A stretch of 58,882 nucleotides of DNA, filler included, from Circinaria calcarea (taxonomy: Eukaryota): the NCBI GenBank assembly GCA_051942165.1. It is 3 parts of 3 records of this genome, joined end to end, with 100 filler letters (N's around TTAATTAATTAA, not from the genome) between each part and the next. Parts side by side here need not be neighbours in the genome. Positions count along the whole stretch, not along the records: positions 1 to 19,593 come from JAVECS010000201.1; 2 more parts are not named here. One strand, written 5' to 3'. Both the position numbers and the translations under genes were made by a program. Positions 1-10,570 of this stretch are shown here, piece by piece. A model generated the notes under the pieces. It was not told the origin of the DNA. It made no database searches and saw nothing but the letters and a program-made list of their open reading frames with translations. How positions within the stretch are numbered: the first letter of the stretch is position 1; each line of letters begins with the position of its first letter.

Positions 1-407
1 GGGTTTTTGCGATTTACGGCACGGGCATGAGTTGGGTTTTTAGAGCTAGAGGGGAAGTAGGTAAGGGGGAATGGATTCTGGCGATTGATCGGGGGTTTCT
101 GGGCGGGAGTAGTAGCAATACCGGGACTGGGAGTGGATAAAGGGATAAAAGGGGCGCAAGAACAATGATCTGTTTATCATGAGACGGTCAAGGCATGGGG
201 TTTTTCGCACTTCCCACAGCTTATAAACTTTGACTGGACTTTGGAACCCGTGGTTTTGGATTTTGGGCAATGACAATGGGCGCATGATACCCCATCCCCC
301 CCCTTTATGTTTGATTGTATCATTTCAAATTTCGATCAGTCATAGCTATATATATATTATATATACCCCGAGATGGGGGTGAGCCTGATCCGTTTTCTGT
401 GTGGAAA

Positions 408-510
408 GGGAGCAAAGCCGCTTTAAGAGGGAGCAGCGAGAGAGCAGCGGGGGAGCACGAGGGAGCAGGGAGGGAGCAACAGGGGAGCAGGGAGGGAGCA
501 CAGGGAGTAA
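408..510 (+). repeat. Degenerate GGGAGCA(G/C) short tandem repeat tract
   Basis: About 8 imperfect GGGAGCA units in ~100 bp; probably transposon-derived low-complexity sequence. Confidence 0.6.
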
Positions 511-869
511 AAGCAGCTGAACACGGCTTAACCAGGGGGGCAGCCTGTTACGGCTCCTCAGCTCGGTTGTAGTTACCCAGTGGCCTCTTAAAGACGTCAG
601 CCAACAACTGCTGCCTAAACTCAGCCGCTTCCTTTAAAGCCTAAGGATGTCACCGGATCAAAACGAAGGAAGCCCGGTCGGCGGAGGAAGGGTCAGCGAT
701 TATTACGGCACTACGGAGTATGATGGCTGGGAACGGCTGAAGTCGCTATTCACAGAATATGCTTTGCTGTAATGTTGCTATTAGACATGTGCTTCCTTCA
801 GTCCAGGTATCACCATCCGAAATCACTAGTGGATAATCAGTATGTACCTAGTCATAATAGTAGTACGCA

Positions 870-980
870 ATGGGTTAACCCATTTGAAACGGGTTGGGTA
901 GCATGGGGTTGGGTAGCATGGGGTTGGGTTGGGCATAGCCTAAACCCAACCCGAACCCAACCCATTAACCCAACCCAACT
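870..980. repeat. Foldback GGGTT/AACCC inverted-repeat array, probable DNA-transposon (hAT/MITE-like) terminal region
   Basis: GGGTTGGGTAGCATG x2 and GGGTTGGGTTGGG are followed by complementary AACCCAACCC units; the transposon assignment is inference. Confidence 0.5.
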
Positions 981-1344
981 TCTGTTCTGCTTAAAGCGCG
1001 CCTACACGAAACGTTTATTATTGCGACCGTCTTAGCTCCTTGGTCTCGGGTCGATTCCCTGTTGCGTCTCGAGAAGGACCTGGCACCAATTTTAGCAGTA
1101 TCTGATGGTCAAAGAACAAGTAGCTAATGCGTGAAATCTCCATATCCACACGCTAACACTTTCACTCCGCGGTTCCGATCGAGGTCAAAAGCTCCATGGC
1201 AGGCGGTCGCGTATCCCCCTCGGCAATGGAGCTTGATATGCACAAGAACCGAGATAGGTCTGTCCAGTTCCTTTCCTCCTAACTAAATAAGTGGAAGGGT
1301 TGGTATTGTGATCTATCGCTTGAGCTTTGATGTATGTAACATAT

Positions 1345-1560
1345 GCGTCTTATGCATCACTTGCTCGAGTGAGAAGGATGAACCAGTCTCGCGCAGGAGT
1401 TTGCGATTGGTTTTCCCGCCAATGTTAATGGCAGCTCGGGCATGGTAAAGAACAGCGTGGGTATCATGTAGGCTGGCAAATGCTTGGCCAGCTCGGCTTC
1501 AACACCTCTGCTGATGTTGAGCAACCTGGCTTCAGGGGCAGCAGGTCCTGCGTCGTTCGA
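1345..1560 (-). pseudogene. NRPS adenylation-domain C-terminal subdomain relic
   Basis: Minus strand reads VEAELAKHLPAYMIPTLFFTMPELPLT/(frameshift)GKTNRKLLRETG, matching the LPxYM(I/V)P...LPLTxxGKxDR (A10) region of fungal NRPS A domains. Confidence 0.75.
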
Positions 1561-2112
1561 TATGGGTGTAAATTGTTGGTATAGTGTAAACTGCTACATT
1601 GTACTGGCAGTTGTAGTGCGGCACTACATTGTCAAGGATAATGTAGTGCAAGTGTCTCAGCTGCACCTTTGGCATTTCTGGCAGCGCTGGTTTCTATCCC
1701 ACCAACATACATTGTGGCAGCATTATGCGCTTGTAGAAGACGGGTTCTGGAGTTGGTTATCATCAAAGAGTTTTACGTGCCGGTTAAGATATAGAAGTTT
1801 GTTGGTCACCCTGTTCTAACTGGTCAGCTTTTTGGGCTAATGGGTATTGGCTCCGGGTTTTTTCACGGGTTACTATTTCTTTATGGGTCATTGTTTCTTT
1901 GAGGGTCTATCTCACTGTGACCCAATATGGAGCGTGGCAAGAAGGAAAAAGAAGGCCTGAGGCACGGATATTCTAGATATATAATCCACTGAAATCCAAT
2001 TTAATACTGTATAAACTCATCTAGATCATTCTCCCAAACAACTCGTCGAGCTATTATTCACTCCTGCATTACTAAGTTATCTTATTTTCACCTTATCACA
2101 TCATCAACGAAC

Positions 2113-2809
2113 ATGCATTTCCTTAGAGCAACAGCTTTAGCTATCTTCTCCGCTACAGTCGTCGTTAGAGCGTATCAACCCATCTATGCTCGTGATGCAT
2201 ACCCGGATAACAGTATTGCAATGCTCAAGCGTGATGCTTATGCCGAGGCCTATGCCGAGGGCTATGCGGATGCTTATGAAGGCATCCTGGCTGAGCGCGA
2301 TGCGGAGCTAGATTGGAACTTTCAAGATCTTGTCATCAGATCGAACGGTCTTGCAACTCGTGGGCTCCATGTTTCAGGTGTCCCCGATGCTTGTGTAAGT
2401 CCAGAGTAATCTTTTGATATCTTCATATAGCTAATTTCCACAGGCTCAATGCTTGTATAATGCTTTGCTATCAGGGGGTCATATTAAAGGCGAAAGTGAC
2501 CTGAGTCCCCCGAAGAAGCTGTCGTCCTCGGTATATTCCCAGCTTGAGGGGGCGTAAGTACTCTTCTGATGGTTATACTCTGTTGCTAGGCTAATGAGTT
2601 CTTTCAGGATGGCCTTTCAATGCCTTCATGTATGTAAGACGTCCGAAGTGAAGAAATGGGCACAAGCACAACCACATGACCAAGGCACGGCGTCACCGGA
2701 AAAGGGTAACTCTCCTTCTGGAGGCTCTTCTGGCAAAGGCTCTCCTCAACGAGGAAGTTCTCCTCAACGAGGCTCTCCTCCCCGAGGATCCAGCCCAAGA
2801 AGAGGTTGA
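2113..2809 (+). CDS. Secreted prepro-protein, ~197 aa, 3 exons (2113-2394, 2444-2553, 2608-2809)
   Basis: Hydrophobic N-terminal signal; KR followed by DA-YA-EA-YA-EG-YA-DA dipeptides; two GTAAGT..CTAAT..CAG introns keep the frame open; CxxC and CxxxC; C-terminal GSSPQR/GSPPR repeats. Confidence 0.85.
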
Positions 2810-3987
2810 GAAGAATGCCAGCTAGCAGCGGAATATTCAAAAGAGTCGAAGATAGAGGGATAGAGAATCAAGGACAAATGAGAAAAAGGATTACATTGGG
2901 ATAGATAGGTTATTTGCTTTTCAGAGAAATGCATCGTTAGACATTCTCGCATAGTGGCGTTTAAGAGAGGAAGGCAAGGTGGTTAACAGGCTAACCACAG
3001 ACCGCTTAGATATGGAATAAAGCAATTCTACATCTATTTGACTTTGCGATGCACTTGTATAATGTGTCGAACTTGCGAGTTTGTGATATTATCGGACTTA
3101 ATAGAGCTTTAGCTGTAAATATTTCCAGAATTTTATAAACTTGTTGCGCTTGAATAAACGGAATGCGTCGGATTTTCCACGTAATATTAAAGTTCTATCT
3201 TCTAGGCAAGAAAGGAGGTGCATTAAAGGGAGGGCGCTACATCTTTAATGGTATGGCAGTTCGGTATGTGAAAGTGCTATGGAATACTATTATGAAATAC
3301 TGCAGAACTTCTATATGCGATGCGTTACCTCATGTTCAATAACTTGGGAGAATACTCGGGGGATCGCTGATATATGGAGAAAAAAGCACGCCTAATTAGC
3401 GCTGTTTCCCCGCCATCTTGTCCGAACCCTCTAATCGCAACATTCGCCTATTTCCGACGCATTTCGAAAAGCCGGGTTTCAGATATGGAGATGATTTACA
3501 GAGTAGTGAAACAGCAATTACATCAGCAATAGCAACATATGCGCTTTGCACTGCCACTCTCCGGTTCTCGTTCGGCTTCGTTATTCTATTTCCAACAACC
3601 CCATCCTTCTATTCTTCATCATGGGATATGCAAAGGGACCCGTAGATGAGGCAATGTCGATGTCGAGATAACCAACACTACTTGCCTTGTTGGGGTCCGT
3701 GAGGCAGTGTCGATGGCGCGCTGACCAACAGCCTTGCCTCGTGAATGGTGTGAGGTTTCATCATGTGCGCATTCATGTGTATGACACTAGTATATCAGTG
3801 TAGAATATGAGTAGTCATTTCCTATAAAAAATTCACCTGCTTAAGCTTTGTAGACTTGTACTCAATCTCCTCTCAAAGCTTATTATCTCCGTTGCTGAAT
3901 CCTACTTTACATCTATTGGTAATCAAACTTCATCACTCCTATCATCAAAAATTGCTCAAGAACCTTGATCCGAAAGCCTTCCCAGCA

Positions 3988-4568
3988 ATGGCTTCCGATA
4001 AAACCTCTCAGGCCTTAGTGGCAACTGATCCGTCACCCAAAGCCATGTCTAACGTCGAAGACAAGGAGCTCGCTGCTCACACCACATATTCCTCTCTGGA
4101 GTTCACAGAGGCCGAACTCACTGAGCACCCTTTCGATCCAAACAACCCAGATCATGTCGAAATAGCAAAAGGCCTCACCCCTGAACAGATTGCCAACGCT
4201 ACTAGCCGTGAACGCAGGCTGGAAAAGCTGCCGTGGGATAAGTTTAATCGCAAATTAGCTGTACGTGATCCCAAGTCATGGCGTGCGTCAACGGCCTCAG
4301 CCGCACTTCCGCATTATCAGAAGTTCGAGATATACTAATTGCGGGCTCTACTTAGGACCGTGGCATCCTAGAGGAACACGCTAATAGGTTGGGGATCCCT
4401 TGGGGCTTTCACAAGATTTCCTATTCGGAGTATTACAACCAATCGATTGCCTTCTTCCAGGCCAAAGCACCAGACCTCGTTGATGAATTCAAAGCCATAT
4501 TGCGATATCAGGGTGAAAGGCAGGAACAACGGGCAAAGGAGGAACTGCAAAAAGATGCCAAACATTGA
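3988..4568 (+). CDS. Hypothetical protein, ~161 aa, 2 exons (3988-4260, 4356-4568)
   Basis: ATG 3988; GTACGT..CTAAT..TAG phase-0 intron; open through DRGILEEHAN..KDAKH* (TGA 4566-4568); no recognised domain. Confidence 0.7.
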
Positions 4569-5334
4569 CTGACCTTGAGGAGAACCCAGCGGGGTGGGGT
4601 GCATGTTCAGATCGCTAGGGTGGGTGGGATACTCTAATTCGGACCTCTAGGGTACGGTGTCGCAAACCTTGAGAGGATGTTGTTTCTTGCAATGTACCAC
4701 GCCTCAAGAGGATGTTCTGTTGCTCTGCGAACCTTAGCACACATGACTTTGAGAGTGAATTCAATTTACACTGGCAGAAATTATCCGTCCTTCTAGATTT
4801 GTAATTGCTCGAACTGGGAAGCGTCTGGCTGCATCCCTCCACTTAGATGCCAGAGCACCCAGTTCTAAATCCATTCTAATGACGTCGCACGACAAACTCC
4901 TTCATCGTTGCTATCCCCCCCTATCCACAATTCCTTCGGCCTCCTACTCTTAGCCATCAACCCTTCTACTAATGCCCAGGTTCACCCCATCCAAGGTAGT
5001 TCCTTCAAAGGACATTTATTGATCAAGAAGTCATCAGTGAGTTATAAGACGGATCGCATATATGCGTCTTACGCATATGATACACAAAATCTTCACCCTC
5101 CCAGCTGCAGCCTGGGCATCTTGGGTGTAACCCTGGGGACTTGAAATACTTATTCCAGTTCTCCCTTGCTTTGAGTCTTTTCATCCATCTTTAGTTGTGG
5201 TCTGATACAGCACCACATCTTGATGGCTTCGGTGATCAGTCTCTCATCATGCAGCTCAAGAGTCACCTTTATTTCAGAGAGGAATAGATTGCTGTATGCC
5301 TTCCTGTTCGAGGTAGGGTTTCATTGCAATGAAC

Positions 5335-5950
5335 TCACCCCCTCCGCCATTTGGCGATGGCGAAGCCGTATTGGTTTCGAACCATTGAAACGAAATTTTT
5401 GACCTCTGCGAGGGCTTGACTCTTCTTAGCCATTGGTATGAACCATTGATAGCGCAAAGCGTCGTCGATTATGACCAGGAAGTAGCGGCTGCCCCCACAT
5501 GTGGGTAGGGTCTTACCTCCGCCGCCAAGATCTAAATGAAAGCGGAATCCTGGCGTATCAGACCTCGTTATTGGGCGTGTACTGAGCTGTCGATGTGACT
5601 TGCCTAGTACATGTGGCTCGCAGAATTGGTGGTTACCCCCTAGAGCCTTGATATCAATACCTGTAGCCATTGTAGCTAGCTTCCGTATGTCAGCTGCATT
5701 CAAATGACTCAGTCGACGGTGCCGTAGCTCCAAATCCGGCTTGATAGCCGTCTTGAAGCTGACATGATTCAGGATTTCTTCAACCATATATCGTGTGGCG
5801 TGTACTTTTCTCAACGTCATATAGTAGGGATTGCCTGATTGTGCACTTTCTAGTGCAACCTCGCAGTTATTTTGATATCGACCTCCTGATCGACGCCGTC
5901 GATTTGGACGTATAACATGATGGTTCCGAAGCTAGAAGCTCTGATCTTAG
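5335..5950 (-). mobile_element. Ty1/copia LTR retrotransposon pol fragment (GAG-pre-integrase plus integrase core start)
   Basis: RHRRLSHLN...FCEPHVLGKSHR (HHCC-like), FHLDL, RYFLVIIDDALRYQW..KKSQ; truncated at both ends. Confidence 0.85.
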
Positions 5951-6277
5951 AGCCATCTGCGAGGTAGATGTCCTCGTTGCTTTATATGATTGGTGTGGCG
6001 AAGACGGTAAGGTCCTGCGGGTACCATTTCGGATCTTTGGCATTTGTCAGCTTTGCTGGTCCGGCTCGCATCAATATGGTAAGCGTTGGCGCGCTTACGC
6101 GCACACAAAAGCAGTGTTTTCTCACCACGAAACCTTAGATAATTCATCAGATAATTCATACTTTTCATAGTAGCAACGAATGCATGAATTACTCTCATTA
6201 ATGCTTCCATGACTGCCCTAGTGATCTAATAAGTTCTACAGATAATAACTGATTTAAACCTTGTGTATAATAGTTCG

Positions 6278-6660
6278 CTAGTGGAGTAAAATAGAAACAT
6301 TAAGAGGCTGTAAATGATGCGTAGTATGTGGCGGTAAAATAAGCAATAGAATATGAAATAAATCGCATGTATTAATAAACATTATATTAATATGACTGGA
6401 ATGACTGTCTACTAATAGTAGACGTCGCCTATTACCTGCTGTTAACGCCGTACAACGCTGGAATACCGTTTTTAGCCATTTTAGGCCAATCTCATCAGAA
6501 CTCCAGCCTTTAGAGGATACGGCGAAATAGGCGGCTTGATCCGGTGTCCAATCCTCCACCCAAGTGTCCTGAAGTGTGCCAGAATCGTCTTGGGATATGA
6601 GAGCTGGTGGCAAAGCGATTCCGGTAGCGCTGATACTGGCTAGTAGAGTAATAAACTCTG
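6278..6660 (-). mobile_element. Fot1/pogo (Tc1-mariner, DDE_1) transposase fragment, RIP-damaged
   Basis: FITLLASISATG.ALPP, SKGWSSDEIGLKWL, RRLLLVDSHSSH, LPPHTTHHLQPLNVS. Confidence 0.9.
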
Positions 6661-7869
6661 CTGCTTCAAGAACACCCTAGCCTTCCTGCCTCACATGTTA
6701 TAACTCCTGCTCGCCTTCTCAACTTTTCGACCGACTCTAGTTTGAACTGTGTTCTCGAGCTTTCGTCGCTATCTACGTATGGTTTACCACTACAATTCAG
6801 CTACGCTAGAAAATATATTCAACCCGTTGAGAACAGAGTTCATGAAAAGGAATATCCTTTAGTTTATGATGTCCACATGGATCTTCTACCAAACTTTCTC
6901 TCAATCAATATGAGAGTTAAGCCGTGGTGAGTGAAAGAGAGGGGATAGGGGTACCTGCTATAGTTGACTCCAATATATAGTAAAAGATTCTAATAATTGT
7001 GCTCTGCCCGTGGGCAGAGCTTATCTCAGAAATTCAGACTCTGCTTTGCTTCGCTGCCGCGTATTTTTCGGAATGGCTGTATGTAGTTAGTAGATGCTAA
7101 AAATAGCGTGCGCGCGAAACGCAGCCTTTTTGGTGACGAACACAACATTGTTGTATAAGAGGTGATTTTTTCATTTCTATCAATACCCACACACTATAAA
7201 AATATTCTAATTAAGGCATCTTTTAGAGCGTATTTCATTCCTAAATTTGTCAGAGCGGATTATTTTTATATTTTGGTATTGAGGCTCTAGGATTGTTGGC
7301 GCATTAGAGTTGCCTTTATTCGTGCACGTTTACCCCGCTTTATTCAACAACGACCAGGTCAAATTTAATAAAACCTTTATTAATATGCAGCCATAATTAT
7401 TTAGAAGAAAATACCAGAGCGGATTTAATCAATTCTGCGTAGTGGTTACGTGGTTGGTAAAAGTCATATTTTGGGAGCGCGGGGATCTCGCGATGTCCCA
7501 TATATTTTTTGGATAATTCTCTCAGACTTCTTTTAAAAAGGGTTTACATAATATCGGATCGGAATAACCTTTTTTACGTGGAGCTAGTACGAAAGAAGTC
7601 TGAGGCCTTCGGAGCTTACGGAGGTGGCACTGAGCCAACCTCCTTTGGAGGGTGCATCGGCTTATGAATTCCCCTCCTGCCCATATTTCCAATTTACTCC
7701 CCCATCCATTCGGTCGGCGGCTTGATTTTTGGTCGTATCTTAAAAGCATTGTTTGTTCACTTCCAGCAGATAGATATCCACGCCGACCTAGGTATAAGGT
7801 ACACACTTGCGTTGAAAAATAGCTACCAAATCCCCGCTCCCGGATCGTCTGTCATAACCCCCCCTCTTT

Positions 7870-9620
7870 TACGTAACATCGACACCGGAAACCCATCCAC
7901 GACGCTCTAGAAGCACTCGTCGCTTCACCGTCATCTGTTTCGCCACCAACGCCATTGCCAACCCTTCCTGCATCGCATACAAACCTGTGCCCCTTCCTTC
8001 TCTCCCCCTTTCGCTTACAAAGCTCATAACCACCCTCCCTTCTTGCTCTACCTCCCGTCGACGGAAGAAGAAGTCTAAATGGCCCTCCCACCTCCGCACT
8101 TGCTCTTAGGTGCGAGAGGAAGGTTAATGAAATCGCCAAGTCATCTGGGAAGGTCCGACGGCTCAAGCAATAGATTGATACATGGGATAAAGATAACGTT
8201 GGGAGGATAGAGATTGGGACAGGCAAGGAACAGTGAAAGATGGCAGGGAAGATGGTAATAAGGCATAGAGAGGGGCGAATGGGTTAAAGAGACGCGGAAT
8301 GAAATACAAGGTAGGCCGTGAAGGTAATGAATTGGCAAGTTAGAGAAATTCGGAGGGTTTGCGTTAAGGACAAGTCGTCTGGAGCGTAAGTAGGTGCATT
8401 GCACAATATGGTGAATGGAATGCATTTATCCTCAGTCTTACGGATCATGACGAGATAGACTCTATCAATCGATGAAACGAATGCTGATATGCAAATCCTC
8501 TTGCTGCGAGAGATCTGTACAGTATGGTCCATAGAATTGCTCCGATATCAAAGAATTCCACAGCAATCTCATCTCATTCTGGCAGTGACGCTTTAAGAGA
8601 ATGTTTGTCGCCATATCCATTAATTGCGTTTTCACCAAATCCTCAGCAAGCCTTCCGAGCCTGGACAAAAAGGTCTGTTGCACCAACCTAGCTACGGTAC
8701 ATCGGTTAAGTTAAGCTTCGTTGTTGTTCCGTTTACACCCCCCCAACCCCTTCCCGTTGATTGATGTCTCCCGTTGGTATACCAGAACCAACTCCCAATG
8801 GTTGCAGCAATCTGTTCTGCAGGGTATATATGAGAGAAAGTTCTTAAGGTGTGGAGTATGTCGCTGGGCTCTATCTCCACTAGACGTCCCACTAAGCAGA
8901 ACAACTATCTTATCACTGCTTGTACTTTCTCCGAAGAGTCAACCTGACCACGTTTCTTCATTCGCTCATTCTCCTCTATCAAGACACATGTTATTTCACT
9001 AACCAATGTAAATAAGCTGCCTAACACGTCATGGGAGCGTGAAGCGCATCTCATTACCGATCTACGAAAAGACGGAGGCTTGATAGATGGGTTGAGAGAA
9101 ATAGGTTCCACGATACTTATTACTCTACTCCTTATTTCGAGCGTATAACAACAAGGAATAGATCCTCAAAGATTGCGCAATCTATATAGAGCACACGAAT
9201 GGCAAGTATACGTGGGTCTCTACGAGTACCTCTTCTTCAATCAAGTATCGACTGACAAGATCCTTCTTGTTGATAGCTATCACGGTCACAAATGTAAGTA
9301 AATCTGCTTACAGACTTCCATAGCGAACTGGCTAACATCCCTAGGTCATCTTCGCCCTCAAACACGTAAGTTTTCCCGCCTCGTCTCATTCATTATTCAG
9401 ATTCGCAGCACTCCATCCCCTCTCTCACCGCATCTCGACCAAAAGGCAAACCTATATACGGTAAGACCAGCCCAGTTCCGTACCTTAGATCTCCATATCT
9501 AATAGCCACAGGCTCTGACAAGGACACCTCCATCGAGAAAGCAAAGATATATTAGCCTGTCGCTACCGACGTATTCTCGTCTTTTTTTGCAGTCAGCGTC
9601 TTTTTTACGCAATTTATATC
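7870..9620 (+). pseudogene. Decayed multi-exon gene of unknown family
   Basis: Long protein-like frame broken by TAG/TAA/TGA (..LIAFSPNPQQAFRAW..HEWQVYVGLYEYLFFNQVSTDKILLVD..), then intron-like GTAAGT/GTAAGA..(C/T)AG segments near 9294-9511. Confidence 0.4.
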
Positions 9621-9879
9621 ATCTTCTTTATATTGAGATTTCATCATGACGTATATTCATCGGGAATTGAGAAACTGATATATTATTATAGTGTGAGCTA
9701 CGTGCTTTCAGTGTGGGAAAAGCTTGCATTTCGCGTGATGCCCCGAGGCTGGCTAAATGCAATGAACGCTAGGGATATCGCGCTAATAGTGGTTGCTCCA
9801 TGCCTTCTCCACATCTATGACAACTGCCCCCTTAAAAAGGGGGTTGGCCCAAAGCTATCCCTCGCCTCCAATGACCGAA

Positions 9880-10570
9880 TCGTCAGCTTACCAGGGATAA
9901 TCCCTCGCTACAGCTTCCTTCGCGACCTCTTTCACGTTCATTTCCTTGCACTCTTTAACAATCTCCTTAGTCATATCACTAGGGAATACGACTTTCCTGG
10001 GGCTGCGATTCCAATCTGCGAGTACAACCTACTTTTCCCATAATATCCTGTTCTCCACATATTTCATTATTTTTGCCTTCCAAATCTCAGCCTCTCCCGT
10101 AAGTAATTTTCCCGACTGTTGCCGTAACGGTCTTCGCGTTCTTAGAAACTCTCCCTAGAGCTAGATTCGTTAATTACTCCTACTCGGGTTGCTGAAATAG
10201 CCGGGTTTGCCGTTGGTATAGCTGGCAGTCCCTCTCTTGGTGGGCCTCCAATGGTCATACCTGTGGTTACTGCCATAAATTTACATTCTGGCTTTAAAAG
10301 GGTAATGATTTTTCTCTCTTTATGCCTTCCTTTATCTACCGGCGCCTCGCCTCCTTCGGGTCGGATTATATGGTAAAACGAGTTCCTCAAGATTTTGCCG
10401 CCGTTTCTGGTGTTACCCCAGCTATTTTCCGTTACGTGTGCTTCCGTAAGGTCCTCATTTTTGAAGCCATAGATATTAAGCCACTCTTCTCGTATCAAGA
10501 TCGGCCCGTTGCATATCTCTCTTAGTATATCCATAATCCTTGGCTTATCGGAGGTATTCTCCAATTCCAT
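9880..10570 (-). pseudogene. Decayed ORF fragment, possibly transposon-derived
   Basis: 142-aa ORF followed beyond its stop by protein-like sequence (RTRRPLRQQSGK..VVLADWNRSPRKVVFPSDM..); AT-shifted; family not recognised. Confidence 0.3.

Noticed and set aside
870..980. Telomeric repeat
   Set aside because: Units are GGGTT/AACCC in inverted arrangement, not tandem TTAGGG
7869..8099. Minus-strand ORF containing MQEGLA, echoing the DOM34 motif
   Set aside because: Only a 6-residue match with weak flanks; the plus strand looks like the decayed coding strand, so probably chance
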